Notes under the pieces: generated by a model
What the model was told of the DNA's origin: nothing
Databases searched by the model: none
Seen by the model: only the letters and a program-made list of their open reading frames with translations
Part shown: positions 25,871-35,515 of the stretch, one piece after another
Position numbering within the stretch: position 1 is the first letter of the stretch
How the letters are laid out: each line of letters begins with the position of its first letter
UHGV virus genome: UHGV-0232315
Origin: a virus
Direction: 5' to 3' (one strand)
DNA length: 35,654 bases
Program-made: the position numbers and the translations under genes

Positions 25871-25891
25871 GTTGGTGGTCAGTGGTGGTTA

Positions 25892-26944
25892 TTACGGGGT
25901 AATGCCAACCGCTGCCGCCACTTTGCCGCCACTTGGCAGCGTTGCCAGAGGATTGAAACGGAGCGCCGTTTCCAGATGATCCGGTGCCAGATGAGCGTAA
26001 CGCATAGTCATTTTTATATCGTGATGTCCGAGGATTTTTTGCAAAGCAAGGATATTTCCACCCGACATCATGAAATGTGCCGCAAACGTATGGCGCAGAA
26101 CGTGTGTCAGTTGACCGCGAGGGAGCACGATTGACGTTTTTTCCATCACGGATAAAAATTGAAAATAGCAGTCTGTGAAGAAATTGAACCCATCAAGCGC
26201 CATGATCTCTTCATAAAGCTCTTTACTGATAGGGATGCTTCTGTTTTTCTTCCCCTTCGTTCTTACAAAGGTAATTCGGTATTTAGTCACCTGTGATCGG
26301 GTAAGGTTTATTGCTTCTCGCCAGCGTGCGCCTGTGCTTAAGCATATCTTGACTACCAGTGCCAGAATTGGGTCCTGACGTTTGCAATCAGCCAGCAGTT
26401 CAACAATCTGCTCATGGGTAAGCCATGCCATCTCTTTTTCTGCGATGGTGAATTTTCGCATGTTCTCCAGTGGGTTTGGATACGACCATTCGCCCAGGCG
26501 GGATAGTTCGCTAAAAACACTACTTAGATAGCTTTGCTCCAGGTTAATGGTGACCGGGCTGGCTCCTTTCTTCCATTTCTCGCTGAAGTAGATCTCACCT
26601 GTCAGGCGTTTATCTCGATAGTGGGCAAACATTTTAGAGGTGAGATCGGTTGCAAGAGGATTGCCCAGAGCGTCAACCATCAGCAGCAATTTGTCATAGA
26701 CATGCTGCCCAGCAGTCAGAGATTTACCATGTAATTTGAACCATAGCTCAACCACGTCTTTCAGTGTTCGACGATCCACTGATTCACCTAGCCAAGGCTT
26801 TGCTTCGGTTTCTTCCATCGTGTGACGCTCAAAAGCCAGAGCTTCGCCTTTGGTGGCGAATTGTTTACGCACACGACGTCCACTACGTCCGGCGGGATAA
26901 CATTCGCACAGCCATTTTCCTGTGGTGAGTTTTCGTACTGCCAT
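25892..26944 (-). CDS. int: Tyrosine integrase
   Basis: 350 aa MAVRKLTTGKWLCECYPAGRSGRRVRKQF... with C-terminal ...HVLRHTFAAHFMMSGGNILALQKILGHHDIKMTMRYAHL catalytic region (R..H-x-x-R..Y). Confidence 0.9.
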   Translation of the reverse strand: MAVRKLTTGKWLCECYPAGRSGRRVRKQFATKGEALAFERHTMEETEAKPWLGESVDRRTLKDVVELWFKLHGKSLTAGQHVYDKLLLMVDALGNPLATDLTSKMFAHYRDKRLTGEIYFSEKWKKGASPVTINLEQSYLSSVFSELSRLGEWSYPNPLENMRKFTIAEKEMAWLTHEQIVELLADCKRQDPILALVVKICLSTGARWREAINLTRSQVTKYRITFVRTKGKKNRSIPISKELYEEIMALDGFNFFTDCYFQFLSVMEKTSIVLPRGQLTHVLRHTFAAHFMMSGGNILALQKILGHHDIKMTMRYAHLAPDHLETALRFNPLATLPSGGKVAAAVGITP

Positions 26945-26969
26945 AAAAAAGTCCTCATGTCTGAGGACT
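26945..26969 (-). terminator. Perfect 8-bp hairpin plus T-run immediately upstream of the int start codon (terminator and/or RBS-sequestering structure)
   Basis: Minus strand: AGTCCTCA-gaca-TGAGGACT-TTTTT-ATG; the 3' arm contains the int GAGGA Shine-Dalgarno. Confidence 0.45.
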
Positions 26970-27026
26970 AAATTTAACTGTATGTTTGAACAGTGGTCAA
27001 TGTTTAAAGATCTTCAATCAAACATT

Positions 27027-28358
27027 TCATTGGAGCAAGAAAACTTTTAAGGTGTTTTTGAATATTCTAACAGGGTCTTCTACACCTGCATTTCCTTTTA
27101 AAATATGATAATCACTTATTTCAGCCCATCTGTTTTTTTCATCGTTTTCAGAAGGAAGTAAAGGAGAACCTTCTGGCATATATTTATAAGTTATACCAAA
27201 TAATGCATAATAGTAGATGTTGATGTTATATTGATCTGTCTGATATGGGAGTCTATTAACACCGAAGAAATTAATTATTAATTGTGCATCTATTTTATCT
27301 TCTACGTAGTTAAGGGCCAGTTCACGACCAAACGAATAAAGAATTACTGCAAGGGTTCGATAACAGCAATAGCCTGGTATAAATTTATTGCTGATTTCAT
27401 TTTGAGATAAAATTTGATAAATTTCTAGATATCTTGATAAGGTTTCAACTTCCCGTAGCGACAAGCCTTTTAGTTCGATAAATTTTTGAACTATATGAAT
27501 ACTACTTTCTCCAATTTCTTTTAGTCTTTCAGACTCGTTACATAGCATTCTAAAATGAGAGTTCGAAGCCAAAATTTTATCGTAATTGTTTTCAGTGAAA
27601 GTCACTGGCAGGCTGTAAGTGAATTTTATAAATTTATCAAGATATCTTTCTGAGTCAACACCTGCACCGTAAATATGATTTATTGATGCTTTCAATTGTG
27701 AGATGTTAGCAACTAACAAGAAGTTAAGATTTTCAGTGTCAAAAACATGTTTTATATTTTCGATGATAGAGATGGCAAAGCTTGGTTTACAACGGTCAAG
27801 TTCGTCAATGATAATTGTTATTTTATTTTCGCTAGTTAGTTCAGCAAGTACTTCCTTGAGAGCAAGCAAATGTTTCTTTGCTTCAATATGATCATCAAGC
27901 AGTGCTTCTACAGTACCATCTATAGCTGAGTTAGCCGCATCTTTAATAGCATCTTCGAATTCATCCGCAATATCATCTGCATTTTGTTTTAAAATCCACC
28001 CAGCGCCAGCTTTGAGTACAGTTTTAAGTCCAAATCTCAATGCTGGTAATGCCTTTGATATTAATTCCTTCTTTTCACTCTCTGGATATAATGCAACTAT
28101 TGCAGCCATTATAGTAAGTATGGGAGCATCATTATGATCTTCAGTAAATGCATCAATATATACTACTTTATGCCCAGATTCATTTTTTTCAATCAATGCC
28201 GCTAATTTTTTTGAAAATTCGGTTTTACCGGTACCCCAGTCCCCATCGATAACAATAGGGGATATTTTTAAGGGGGACTCGAGTAAGCTTATTATTTTTT
28301 CAGCAATGATTTTTCTATTATACTCATCTCTGTTTTCAAAAGTCATATCATTATTCAT
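27027..28358 (-). CDS. KAP-family P-loop NTPase
   Basis: Walker A GDWGTGKT (GxWGxGKT KAP signature) and Walker B IIIDELDRC; ORF-track start 28367 is TTG, I place the start at ATG 28358 after AAGG; AT-rich. Confidence 0.65.
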   Translation of the reverse strand: MNNDMTFENRDEYNRKIIAEKIISLLESPLKISPIVIDGDWGTGKTEFSKKLAALIEKNESGHKVVYIDAFTEDHNDAPILTIMAAIVALYPESEKKELISKALPALRFGLKTVLKAGAGWILKQNADDIADEFEDAIKDAANSAIDGTVEALLDDHIEAKKHLLALKEVLAELTSENKITIIIDELDRCKPSFAISIIENIKHVFDTENLNFLLVANISQLKASINHIYGAGVDSERYLDKFIKFTYSLPVTFTENNYDKILASNSHFRMLCNESERLKEIGESSIHIVQKFIELKGLSLREVETLSRYLEIYQILSQNEISNKFIPGYCCYRTLAVILYSFGRELALNYVEDKIDAQLIINFFGVNRLPYQTDQYNINIYYYALFGITYKYMPEGSPLLPSENDEKNRWAEISDYHILKGNAGVEDPVRIFKNTLKVFLLQ

Positions 28359-28369
28359 ATGAAGCAACC

Positions 28370-28555
28370 TTAGTTTTTAGAACATATTTTCTTTGACTTG
28401 CTTTGCGTTCCATCATTGCAAACGAACTTCCCATCAGATGTACAATGTGAAACTCCCCCTTTCTTACCAGAACATGGATAATTTTTTGCAAAACTTGTAA
28501 TAGGTAAAGTAATAAATAAACAAATAAGTAGGATATGTATAGATTTATAAAACAT
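28370..28555 (-). CDS. Small secreted Cys-rich, Lys-rich peptide (predicted signal peptide)
   Basis: ORF 28370-28573; start placed at ATG 28555 after AAGGA; [23 protein letters not shown] then a 38-aa mature part with 4 Cys and 8 Lys; stop lies 11 nt upstream of the NTPase ATG (28358). Confidence 0.5.
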   Translation of the reverse strand: MFYKSIHILLICLFITLPITSFAKNYPCSGKKGGVSHCTSDGKFVCNDGTQSKSKKICSKN

Positions 28556-28578
28556 ATTTATTTCCTTATACATTAATT

Positions 28579-29142
28579 TTAATAATTGACGATCGCGCTT
28601 CTAATTTTTCCTATGATATCAATTTCATCTATTTTGCATTCAAAGGAACTGCTGCCACCATCGACATTTAGACGACGTCCCGGCAGTCTTGTCAGATTCC
28701 TGATAGCAACCTCGCCATCAATATCAACGATCCACTTACCATCACGTACATCCTCATAATCCGAATCACAGATAAACTCTGATGCGCCATCGATCACAAC
28801 AAAAGGTTTTTTTAGTTTTTCAGGCAAAAAGTTGTTGTCGAAAATGTAGTAACCATCAGGAAGTAGTTTTCCGCTTGATAAAATCTTCCTTTCGATCTCT
28901 TTTGTGTTTTCTTTTTGTGAACTTTCTTTTGAACCTTGCCCAGTAGTTAGCCACTCTAGCGACGTGCCGGTTTCAAGTGCACATTGGATTACCCATTCTG
29001 CCGGGAATGAATCACGCATATAGCGCGTGGCTAAGGTGCTTTTAGAAATGCCCAAATGATCACACAAAGCTTGTCTTGTCTTGAAACCATAGGCTTCAAC
29101 CATGCGCTCTATGGCCCCACGACCGCCTTTTTCCAAATTCAT
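28579..29142 (-). CDS. cI: Immunity repressor CI (phage 186 CI-like)
   Basis: ORF 28579-29148 (GTG); ATG 29142 after GGAG; N-terminal HTH region and C-terminal ...[27 protein letters not shown]... resembling 186 CI. Confidence 0.8.
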   Translation of the reverse strand: MNLEKGGRGAIERMVEAYGFKTRQALCDHLGISKSTLATRYMRDSFPAEWVIQCALETGTSLEWLTTGQGSKESSQKENTKEIERKILSSGKLLPDGYYIFDNNFLPEKLKKPFVVIDGASEFICDSDYEDVRDGKWIVDIDGEVAIRNLTRLPGRRLNVDGGSSSFECKIDEIDIIGKIRSAIVNY

Positions 29143-29267
29143 GGTCACTCCAAGTGAACTTTTACCTTGACGATTTCATGATGTGATCGTATGTTTGCAG
29201 TGTTCACATAATACAAACGATCAGTATTCATCCTGATTAATCATTGCTAAAAGAGGAATGTTGCATC
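29143..29267. promoter_or_regulatory. Lysis-lysogeny switch region (divergent pL/pR-type promoters and operators)
   Basis: Intergenic region between divergent cI and apl; dyads GTGAAC(29155-29160)/GTTCAC(29212-29217) and TGATCGT(29184-29190)/ACGATCA(29217-29223); two GATC sites. Confidence 0.5.
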
Positions 29268-29489
29268 ATGAGACCTAACATTTCAATCACTCTCATCACC
29301 CCCCACGTTACTATAGAAAGATATAGTGAACTCACTGGCTTATCTATCGACACAATTAACGACATGCTTGCAGATGGGCGTTTGCCTCGTCATCGCCTAC
29401 GTAAGGATAAAAAGCGTGAAAAAGTGATGATTAACATTGCTGCGATGACGATCGATGCCCTCTCTGATTGCAACGTGACTATCAACTAG
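29268..29489 (+). CDS. apl: Apl/Cox-type excisionase-repressor
   Basis: ORF 29244-29489; start placed at ATG 29268 after AGAGGA; small basic protein as the first gene of the rightward early operon. Confidence 0.65.
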   Translation: MRPNISITLITPHVTIERYSELTGLSIDTINDMLADGRLPRHRLRKDKKREKVMINIAAMTIDALSDCNVTIN

Positions 29490-29521
29490 TTCCATTTTGA
29501 GACTTCACGGAGCAACTGACT

Positions 29522-30031
29522 ATGTTTGACTATCGCATTTCAAAACATCCCCATTTCAATGAAGCCTGCCGGGCCTTCGCCCTACGACACAACATGGCGA
29601 AGCTGGCAGAGCGCGCAGGTATGAACGTTCAAACCTTGCGTAACAAGCTCAACCCGGAACAACCACACCAACTTACTGCGTCAGATATCTGGCAGTTAAC
29701 CGATCTCACTGAAGACCCAACACTGGTTGATGGATTTCTGGCTCAGATTCACTGCCTGCCATGTATACCGGTAAATGAGGTGGCAAAAGAGAGACTGCCA
29801 CATTACGTCATGAGTGCAACCGCAGAGATCGGGCGTGTTGCTGCAGGTGCGGTGTCTGGCGATGTAAAAACCTGTGCCGGTCGTCGTGATGCTATCAGCA
29901 GCATTAATTCTGTAACACGACTGATGGCGCTGGCGGCTGTTTCATTGCAGGCCCGTTTACAGGCTAATCCTGCGATGGCGAGTGCAGTTGATACCGTGAC
30001 TGGCCTCGGTGCTTCATTTGGTTTGCTGTGA
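29522..30031 (+). CDS. cII: CII-like lysogeny-establishment activator (186 CII-like)
   Basis: 169 aa MFDYRISKHPHFNEACRAFALRHNMAKLAERAGMNVQTLRNKLNPEQPH... resembling 186 CII. Confidence 0.75.
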   Translation: MFDYRISKHPHFNEACRAFALRHNMAKLAERAGMNVQTLRNKLNPEQPHQLTASDIWQLTDLTEDPTLVDGFLAQIHCLPCIPVNEVAKERLPHYVMSATAEIGRVAAGAVSGDVKTCAGRRDAISSINSVTRLMALAAVSLQARLQANPAMASAVDTVTGLGASFGLL

Positions 30032-30038
30032 GGTGCTT

Positions 30039-30239
30039 ATGCTGACGAAAGAACCATCATTTGCATCGCTGCTGGTTAAACAAAGCCCGGCAATGCATTA
30101 CGGTCACGGCTGGATCATGGGGGAGGATGGTAAACGCTGGCATCCGTGCCGTTCACAAGATGAATTGCTGGCAGAACTATCTACGAAAAAACGGGGGAAC
30201 AAATGGCTATTGAAGGCACTGCGGCGACTGTTCCATTAA
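30039..30239 (+). CDS. Hypothetical early protein (186 fil position)
   Basis: ORF 30009-30239; ATG 30039 after GAGGTG. Confidence 0.5.
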   Translation: MLTKEPSFASLLVKQSPAMHYGHGWIMGEDGKRWHPCRSQDELLAELSTKKRGNKWLLKALRRLFH

Positions 30240-30544
30240 GCCCCGGTGAACGCCTGAATGGACTTAATCACATTGCGGAGTTAAGGGCGAAAGTTTTTGG
30301 CCTGAATATTGAGTCAGAGCTTGAGCGGTTTATTAAAGATATGCGTGATTCACGGGATATTAATAGCGAACAAAATAAACGGGCACTGGCTGCCATATTC
30401 TTTATGGCAAAAATTCCAGCTGAACGTCATAGCATCAGCATTAATGAGCTGACCACTGACGAAAAGCGGGAGTTGATTAAAGCAATGAATCATTTTCGTG
30501 CAGTGGTGAGCTTATTTCCCAGACGGCTAACCATGCCGAATTAA
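30203..30544 (+). CDS. Hypothetical early protein (186 dhr position)
   Basis: 113-aa ORF overlapping the previous gene by 37 nt. Confidence 0.5.
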   Translation: MAIEGTAATVPLSPGERLNGLNHIAELRAKVFGLNIESELERFIKDMRDSRDINSEQNKRALAAIFFMAKIPAERHSISINELTTDEKRELIKAMNHFRAVVSLFPRRLTMPN

Positions 30545-30611
30545 CCAACTAATGAAATTAATGGCGTAAACCCGCCGGGCATCCCTTTATCTAAATTCAG
30601 GAGAATTGATT

Positions 30612-30845
30612 ATGCGTAATATTGAAACCCTCTCGACCAAAACCGGACCGGATGACGCAGGGCTTAATATTTTACTGACAGAGGCTCGTCTGGAAGAACG
30701 CCGGGCAAGGGCTGAAGCAATGGCAGCTCGCCTTGATAGTCTGGCGTGTCATATTACATCCCGCCAGCTAAACCACGTCGAAGCGGCAGAACTGCTGCGT
30801 GTGACTGCTGAAGCAATCCAGAACGAAGCGCAGGAGATCCACTAA
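30612..30845 (+). CDS. Hypothetical early protein
   Basis: ORF 30606-30845 (TTG); ATG 30612 after AGGAGA. Confidence 0.55.
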   Translation: MRNIETLSTKTGPDDAGLNILLTEARLEERRARAEAMAARLDSLACHITSRQLNHVEAAELLRVTAEAIQNEAQEIH

Positions 30846-31072
30846 TGGCTGATGCAATGGATCTCGTACAGCAGCGCGTTGAAGAAGAACGCCAGCGCCA
30901 TATCCGTGCTGCCCGTGCCAAAACACCGGGCGTGTCACGCGTACTTTGCATTGAATGTGAAGCGCCAATTCCGCCAGCACGACGCCGCGCCATTCCGGGA
31001 GTGCAGCTTTGCATTACCTGTCAGGAAATCGCAGAACTGAAAGGCAAACATTACAACGGAGGTGCTGTATGA
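30845..31072 (+). CDS. TraR/DksA-family C4 zinc-finger protein
   Basis: CIECEAPIP...CITCQ four-Cys motif at the C-terminus of a 75-aa protein; TAATG overlap upstream and ATGA overlap downstream. Confidence 0.7.
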   Translation: MADAMDLVQQRVEEERQRHIRAARAKTPGVSRVLCIECEAPIPPARRRAIPGVQLCITCQEIAELKGKHYNGGAV

Positions 31073-31917
31073 GCACCATCCTGAAATGGGCGGGAAATAA
31101 AACGGCCATTATGGCAGAACTGAAAAAATACCTTCCTGCTGGCCCGCGACTGGTTGAACCTTTCGCGGGTTCCTGTGCAGTGATGATGGAGACGGATTAC
31201 CCCAGCTATCTGGTTGCGGATATTAATCCTGATTTAATCAACCTCTATAAAAAGGTTGCCGCTGATTGTGAATCGTTTATATCTCGCGCCAGAGTTTTAT
31301 TTGAGAACGCAAACAGGGAGATGGCTTATTACAACATAAGGCAGGAGTTTAATTACTCAACTGAAATTACTGATTTCATGAAAGCAGTATATTTCCTGTA
31401 TCTCAATCGTCACGGTTACCGTGGTTTATGTCGCTATAACAAGAGCGGGCATTTCAACATTCCCTACGGTAATTATAAAAATCCGTATTTCCCTGAAAAA
31501 GAAATTCGTGCATTTGCAGAAAAAGCCCAGCGGGCAACATTTATCTGCGCCAGCTTCGATGAAACGCTGGCAATGTTGCACGCGGGGGATGTTGTGTATT
31601 GCGATCCGCCTTATGACGGTACGTTTTCCGGCTATCACACTGACGGCTTCACTGAAGATGACCAGTATCACCTGGCATCCGTTCTTGAACATCGGTCATC
31701 AGAAGGACATCCGGTCATTGTTTCTAACAGTGACACATCCCTGATCCGTTCGCTGTATCGCAATTTCACTCACCACTACATCAAGGCAAAACGCAGCATT
31801 GGCGTGTCAGCTGGCGAGAGTAAATCTGCAACAGAAATCATTGCCACCAAATCAGCTGGGTGGTTTGGTGTCGATTTTGCCAGCGGCTCTGACCGTACCG
31901 TTGAGGTACGCGCATGA
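31069..31917 (+). CDS. dam: DNA N6-adenine methyltransferase (Dam/D12 class)
   Basis: ORF 31009-31917; ATG 31069 after GGAGGTG; N-terminal KWAGNK and catalytic DPPY ([10 protein letters not shown]) motifs. Confidence 0.85.
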   Translation: MSTILKWAGNKTAIMAELKKYLPAGPRLVEPFAGSCAVMMETDYPSYLVADINPDLINLYKKVAADCESFISRARVLFENANREMAYYNIRQEFNYSTEITDFMKAVYFLYLNRHGYRGLCRYNKSGHFNIPYGNYKNPYFPEKEIRAFAEKAQRATFICASFDETLAMLHAGDVVYCDPPYDGTFSGYHTDGFTEDDQYHLASVLEHRSSEGHPVIVSNSDTSLIRSLYRNFTHHYIKAKRSIGVSAGESKSATEIIATKSAGWFGVDFASGSDRTVEVRA

Positions 31918-32924
31918 ATGCTATCGATCCGCGTTGCTTTGCCTCAGGCACCATTAACGTCATCACTACTTCTGGTGGCAAAGATAGTCTCGCTCAATGG
32001 CTAAGAGCCATTGAAAACGATGTTCCGCATATTTCTGTATTTGCCGATACGGGTCATGAACATCCACAGACAATAGAATATCTGGATTATCTGGAATCAA
32101 AGCTGGGCAAGATTATTCGCGTCAAAGCGGATTTCACACGCCAGATAGAAGGGAAACGTAAATTCATTGCGGAAAAGTGGCCCATTTCTCTCGTTGAGGA
32201 ATGTGGTATGTCGACAGATGAGGCTGAGGAACGTATTTACCGGGCACTGGAAATCCTTAAACCAACCGGCGTTCCGTTTCTTGATTTGTGCATGTGGAAA
32301 GGTCGCTTCCCTTCAACAAAAGCTCGTTTCTGCACTTTTGAACTGAAACATGAACCAATACGTACACAGGTAATCGATCCAGCTCTGGATGAATACGATG
32401 AGGTAATCAGCTGGCAAGGAGTCCGGGGGCAGGAATCACCGGAACGTGCATTGTTGCCTGAGTGGGAGGACGATGCAGACAATACTCTGGGGCTGCATGT
32501 TTATCGTCCGATCCTTAATTGGCTGCATGAGGATGTGTTTGCTATTGCCAAACGTCATGGCATTAAGCCTAACCCCCTTTATATGCAGGGATGCAGTCGT
32601 GTCGGTTGTATGCCATGCATTCATGCTCGCAAGTCAGAACTTGGAGAGATTTTCCAACGCTGGCCAGAAGAAATCCGCCGAGTGGCTGAGTGGGAAAGAC
32701 TGGTTGCGGAATGTTCAAGACGTGGCAATTCAACGTTCTTTCCATCCACGCATGATCCGCGCCGTGCTGAAAAACGGATCGAAGTCATAACTGTTGATGC
32801 TTATGGTATTGAAACTTATCGGGACTGGGCCTTAACGACTCGGGGCGGTATGCAGTTTGACCTGCTGGCAGGCATGAATGATAAAGCGGTGTGCAGCAGT
32901 GTATATGCAGGAGTCTGTGAGTGA
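31914..32924 (+). CDS. PAPS-reductase/DndC-like PP-loop ATP pyrophosphatase family protein
   Basis: PP-loop TSGGKDS near the N-terminus, C-terminal Cys cluster [10 protein letters not shown]; ATGA overlap with the dam stop. Confidence 0.7.
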   Translation: MNAIDPRCFASGTINVITTSGGKDSLAQWLRAIENDVPHISVFADTGHEHPQTIEYLDYLESKLGKIIRVKADFTRQIEGKRKFIAEKWPISLVEECGMSTDEAEERIYRALEILKPTGVPFLDLCMWKGRFPSTKARFCTFELKHEPIRTQVIDPALDEYDEVISWQGVRGQESPERALLPEWEDDADNTLGLHVYRPILNWLHEDVFAIAKRHGIKPNPLYMQGCSRVGCMPCIHARKSELGEIFQRWPEEIRRVAEWERLVAECSRRGNSTFFPSTHDPRRAEKRIEVITVDAYGIETYRDWALTTRGGMQFDLLAGMNDKAVCSSVYAGVCE

Positions 32925-35362
32925 CAGAGATCAGCACAGGCCGTCTTGCCGATCCATTTGTCAGTGTAACTTCCGGTAGCATTGAGAATTCTGCCGGGGG
33001 TTATTCGTGGAATTTACCTAAGAAAGCCATTAACCCTTATCTGGACCCGGCGGAAGTTGCGCCGGTTTCTGCGCTTTCAAACCTGATCACTCTGTACGCT
33101 ACCGATAACGAGCAGGAACAACTGCGCCGCGAGGCACTGAGTGATCAGGTCTGGGAGCGTTATTTCTTTAATGAATCCCGTGATCCTGTCCAGCGCGAAA
33201 TGGAGCAGGATAAGCTCATTAGCCGGGCAAAGTTGGCGCATGAGCAGCAGCGTTTTAACCCGGACATGGTCATTCTGGCAGACGTCAGCGCCCAGCCCTC
33301 CCATATCAGCAAGCCGCTGATGCAACGTATTGAATACTTCAGCAGCCTGGGCAGGCCAAAGGCTTATTCCCGCTATTTACGTGAGACGATTAAGCCATGT
33401 CTGGAACGACTGGAGCATGTACGCGACAGCCAGCTATCTGCATCTTTTCGTTTTATGGCAAGCCATGTAGGGCTGGACGGCCTGCTGATTCTGCCTGAAA
33501 TGAGTCAGGATCAGGTGAAACGCCTGTCTACCCTTGTCGCTGCGCATATGAGCATGTGCCTTGATGCAGCTTGTGGTGATTTGTATGCCACCGATGACGT
33601 TAAGCCAGAAGAAATCCGCAATACATGGGAAAAGGTGGCAGCGGAAACCCTGCGTCTGGATGTCATCCCGCCTGCGTTTGAGCAACTCCGTCGGAAAAGA
33701 AACCGCCGTAAACCCGTGCCCTATGAACTCATTCCGGGTTCGCTGGCGCGTATGTTGTGCGCCGACTGGTGGTACCGGAAATTATGGAAAATGCGTTGCG
33801 AATGGCGGGAAGAGCAGTTGCGTGCTGTCTGCCTGGTCAGCAAAAAAGCATCTCCCTATGTCAGCTATGAAGCCGTGATGCATAAACGTGAGCAGCGCCG
33901 CAAGTCACTGGAGTTTTTCCGTTCTCATGAACTGGTGAACGAAGAGGGCGACACGCTGGATATGGAAGACGTGGTAAACGCCAGCAGCAGCAACCCGGCG
34001 CACCGCCGCAATGAGATGATGGCCTGTGTTAAAGGTCTGGAGCTTATCGCGGAAATGCGCGGTGACTGCGCCGTTTTCTACACCATTACCTGTCCGTCAC
34101 GTTTCCATTCTACGCTCAATAACGGCAGACCAAACCCAACCTGGACAAATGCGACGGTAAGACAAAGCAGCGATTATCTGGTCGGCATGTTTGCTGCATT
34201 TCGTAAGGCGATGCACAAAGCCGGGTTGCGCTGGTATGGCGTGCGGGTGGCTGAGCCGCATCATGACGGTACAGTTCACTGGCACCTGTTGTGTTTCATG
34301 CGCAAAAAAGACCGCCGCGCCATTACTGCATTGTTGCGTAAGTTTGCCATCCGTGAAGACCGCGAGGAACTGGGTAATAACACTGGTCCACGCTTTAAAT
34401 CTGAGCTGATAAACCCGCGCAAAGGAACGCCGACAAGCTACATCGCGAAATACATCAGTAAGAACATTGACGGGCGTGGTCTGGCTGGCGAGATCAGCAA
34501 GGAAACGGGTAAATCCCTGCGTGATAACGCTGAATACGTTAATGCCTGGGCGTCTCTGCATCGTGTACAGCAATTCCGCTTCTTTGGTATTCCGGGACGT
34601 CAGGCTTACCGTGAACTTCGCTTGCTGGCTGGTCAGGCGGCAAGGCAACAGGGTGACAAAAAAGCAGGTGCGCCGGTACTGGATAACCCGCGTCTTGATG
34701 CCATTCTGGCTGCTGCTGATGCTGGTTGTTTTGCCACCTACATCATGAAGCAGGGCGGCGTACTGGTTCCCCGCAAATATCACCTCATCAGAACCGCTTA
34801 TGAAATCAACGAAGAGCCAACCGCCTATGGCGATCACGGTATTCGTATTTATGGCATCTGGTCACCCATTGCAGAGGGCAAGATCTGCACTCATGCAGTG
34901 AAGTGGAAAATGGTTCGTAAGGCCGTTGACGTTCAGGAGGCGGCAGCCGACCAGGGCGCTTGCGCCCCTTGGACTCGTGGCAATAATTGTCCCCTTGCTG
35001 AAAATTTGCACCAACAAGGGAAAGACAAATCAGCTGATGGGGATACCAGGACGGACATTACCCACATGGATGACAATGAGTTGCACGATTACCTGCACAG
35101 TATGAGCAAAAAAGAGCGCCGGGAACTGGCTGCAAGGTTACGCCTGGTGAAACCGAAACGGCGTAAAGACTACAAACAGCGAATTACAGACCATCAGCGA
35201 CAGCAGCTCGTCTATGAACTGAAGTCCAGAGGATTTGATGGTAGCGAGAAAGAGGTCGATTTACTCCTTCGCGGCGGCAGTATTCCGTCAGGAGCAGGCC
35301 TGCGTATCTTCTATCGGAACCAGCGTTTGCGGGAAGATGATAAGTGGCGGAACCTGTATTAA
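32921..35362 (+). CDS. A: Replication initiation endonuclease (P2/186 gene A-like, rolling-circle HUH type)
   Basis: 813 aa; GTG start overlapping the upstream stop; HWHLLCF (HUH-type motif) and tyrosine pair YIAKYISK. Confidence 0.85.
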   Translation: MTEISTGRLADPFVSVTSGSIENSAGGYSWNLPKKAINPYLDPAEVAPVSALSNLITLYATDNEQEQLRREALSDQVWERYFFNESRDPVQREMEQDKLISRAKLAHEQQRFNPDMVILADVSAQPSHISKPLMQRIEYFSSLGRPKAYSRYLRETIKPCLERLEHVRDSQLSASFRFMASHVGLDGLLILPEMSQDQVKRLSTLVAAHMSMCLDAACGDLYATDDVKPEEIRNTWEKVAAETLRLDVIPPAFEQLRRKRNRRKPVPYELIPGSLARMLCADWWYRKLWKMRCEWREEQLRAVCLVSKKASPYVSYEAVMHKREQRRKSLEFFRSHELVNEEGDTLDMEDVVNASSSNPAHRRNEMMACVKGLELIAEMRGDCAVFYTITCPSRFHSTLNNGRPNPTWTNATVRQSSDYLVGMFAAFRKAMHKAGLRWYGVRVAEPHHDGTVHWHLLCFMRKKDRRAITALLRKFAIREDREELGNNTGPRFKSELINPRKGTPTSYIAKYISKNIDGRGLAGEISKETGKSLRDNAEYVNAWASLHRVQQFRFFGIPGRQAYRELRLLAGQAARQQGDKKAGAPVLDNPRLDAILAAADAGCFATYIMKQGGVLVPRKYHLIRTAYEINEEPTAYGDHGIRIYGIWSPIAEGKICTHAVKWKMVRKAVDVQEAAADQGACAPWTRGNNCPLAENLHQQGKDKSADGDTRTDITHMDDNELHDYLHSMSKKERRELAARLRLVKPKRRKDYKQRITDHQRQQLVYELKSRGFDGSEKEVDLLLRGGSIPSGAGLRIFYRNQRLREDDKWRNLY

Positions 35363-35515
35363 TTACGCGGGTTAACAATTCGTGCTCTTAATAATACCCG
35401 GTATATCAGGCTGATGAACGTAAAAAAACGTTTTACATCAGTAAGATTATTGTATACTGTGAATATAAACAGTGGTTATATATACAGTATTGCGTGTGGT
35501 GTCATAGGAGGAAAA

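Noticed and set aside
25727-25891. tRNA gene at the attachment region
   Set aside because: No cloverleaf-compatible sequence (no conserved GTTC..A T-loop with matching acceptor stem) recognised in the 165-bp interval; P2/186-type phages need not integrate into tRNA genes.
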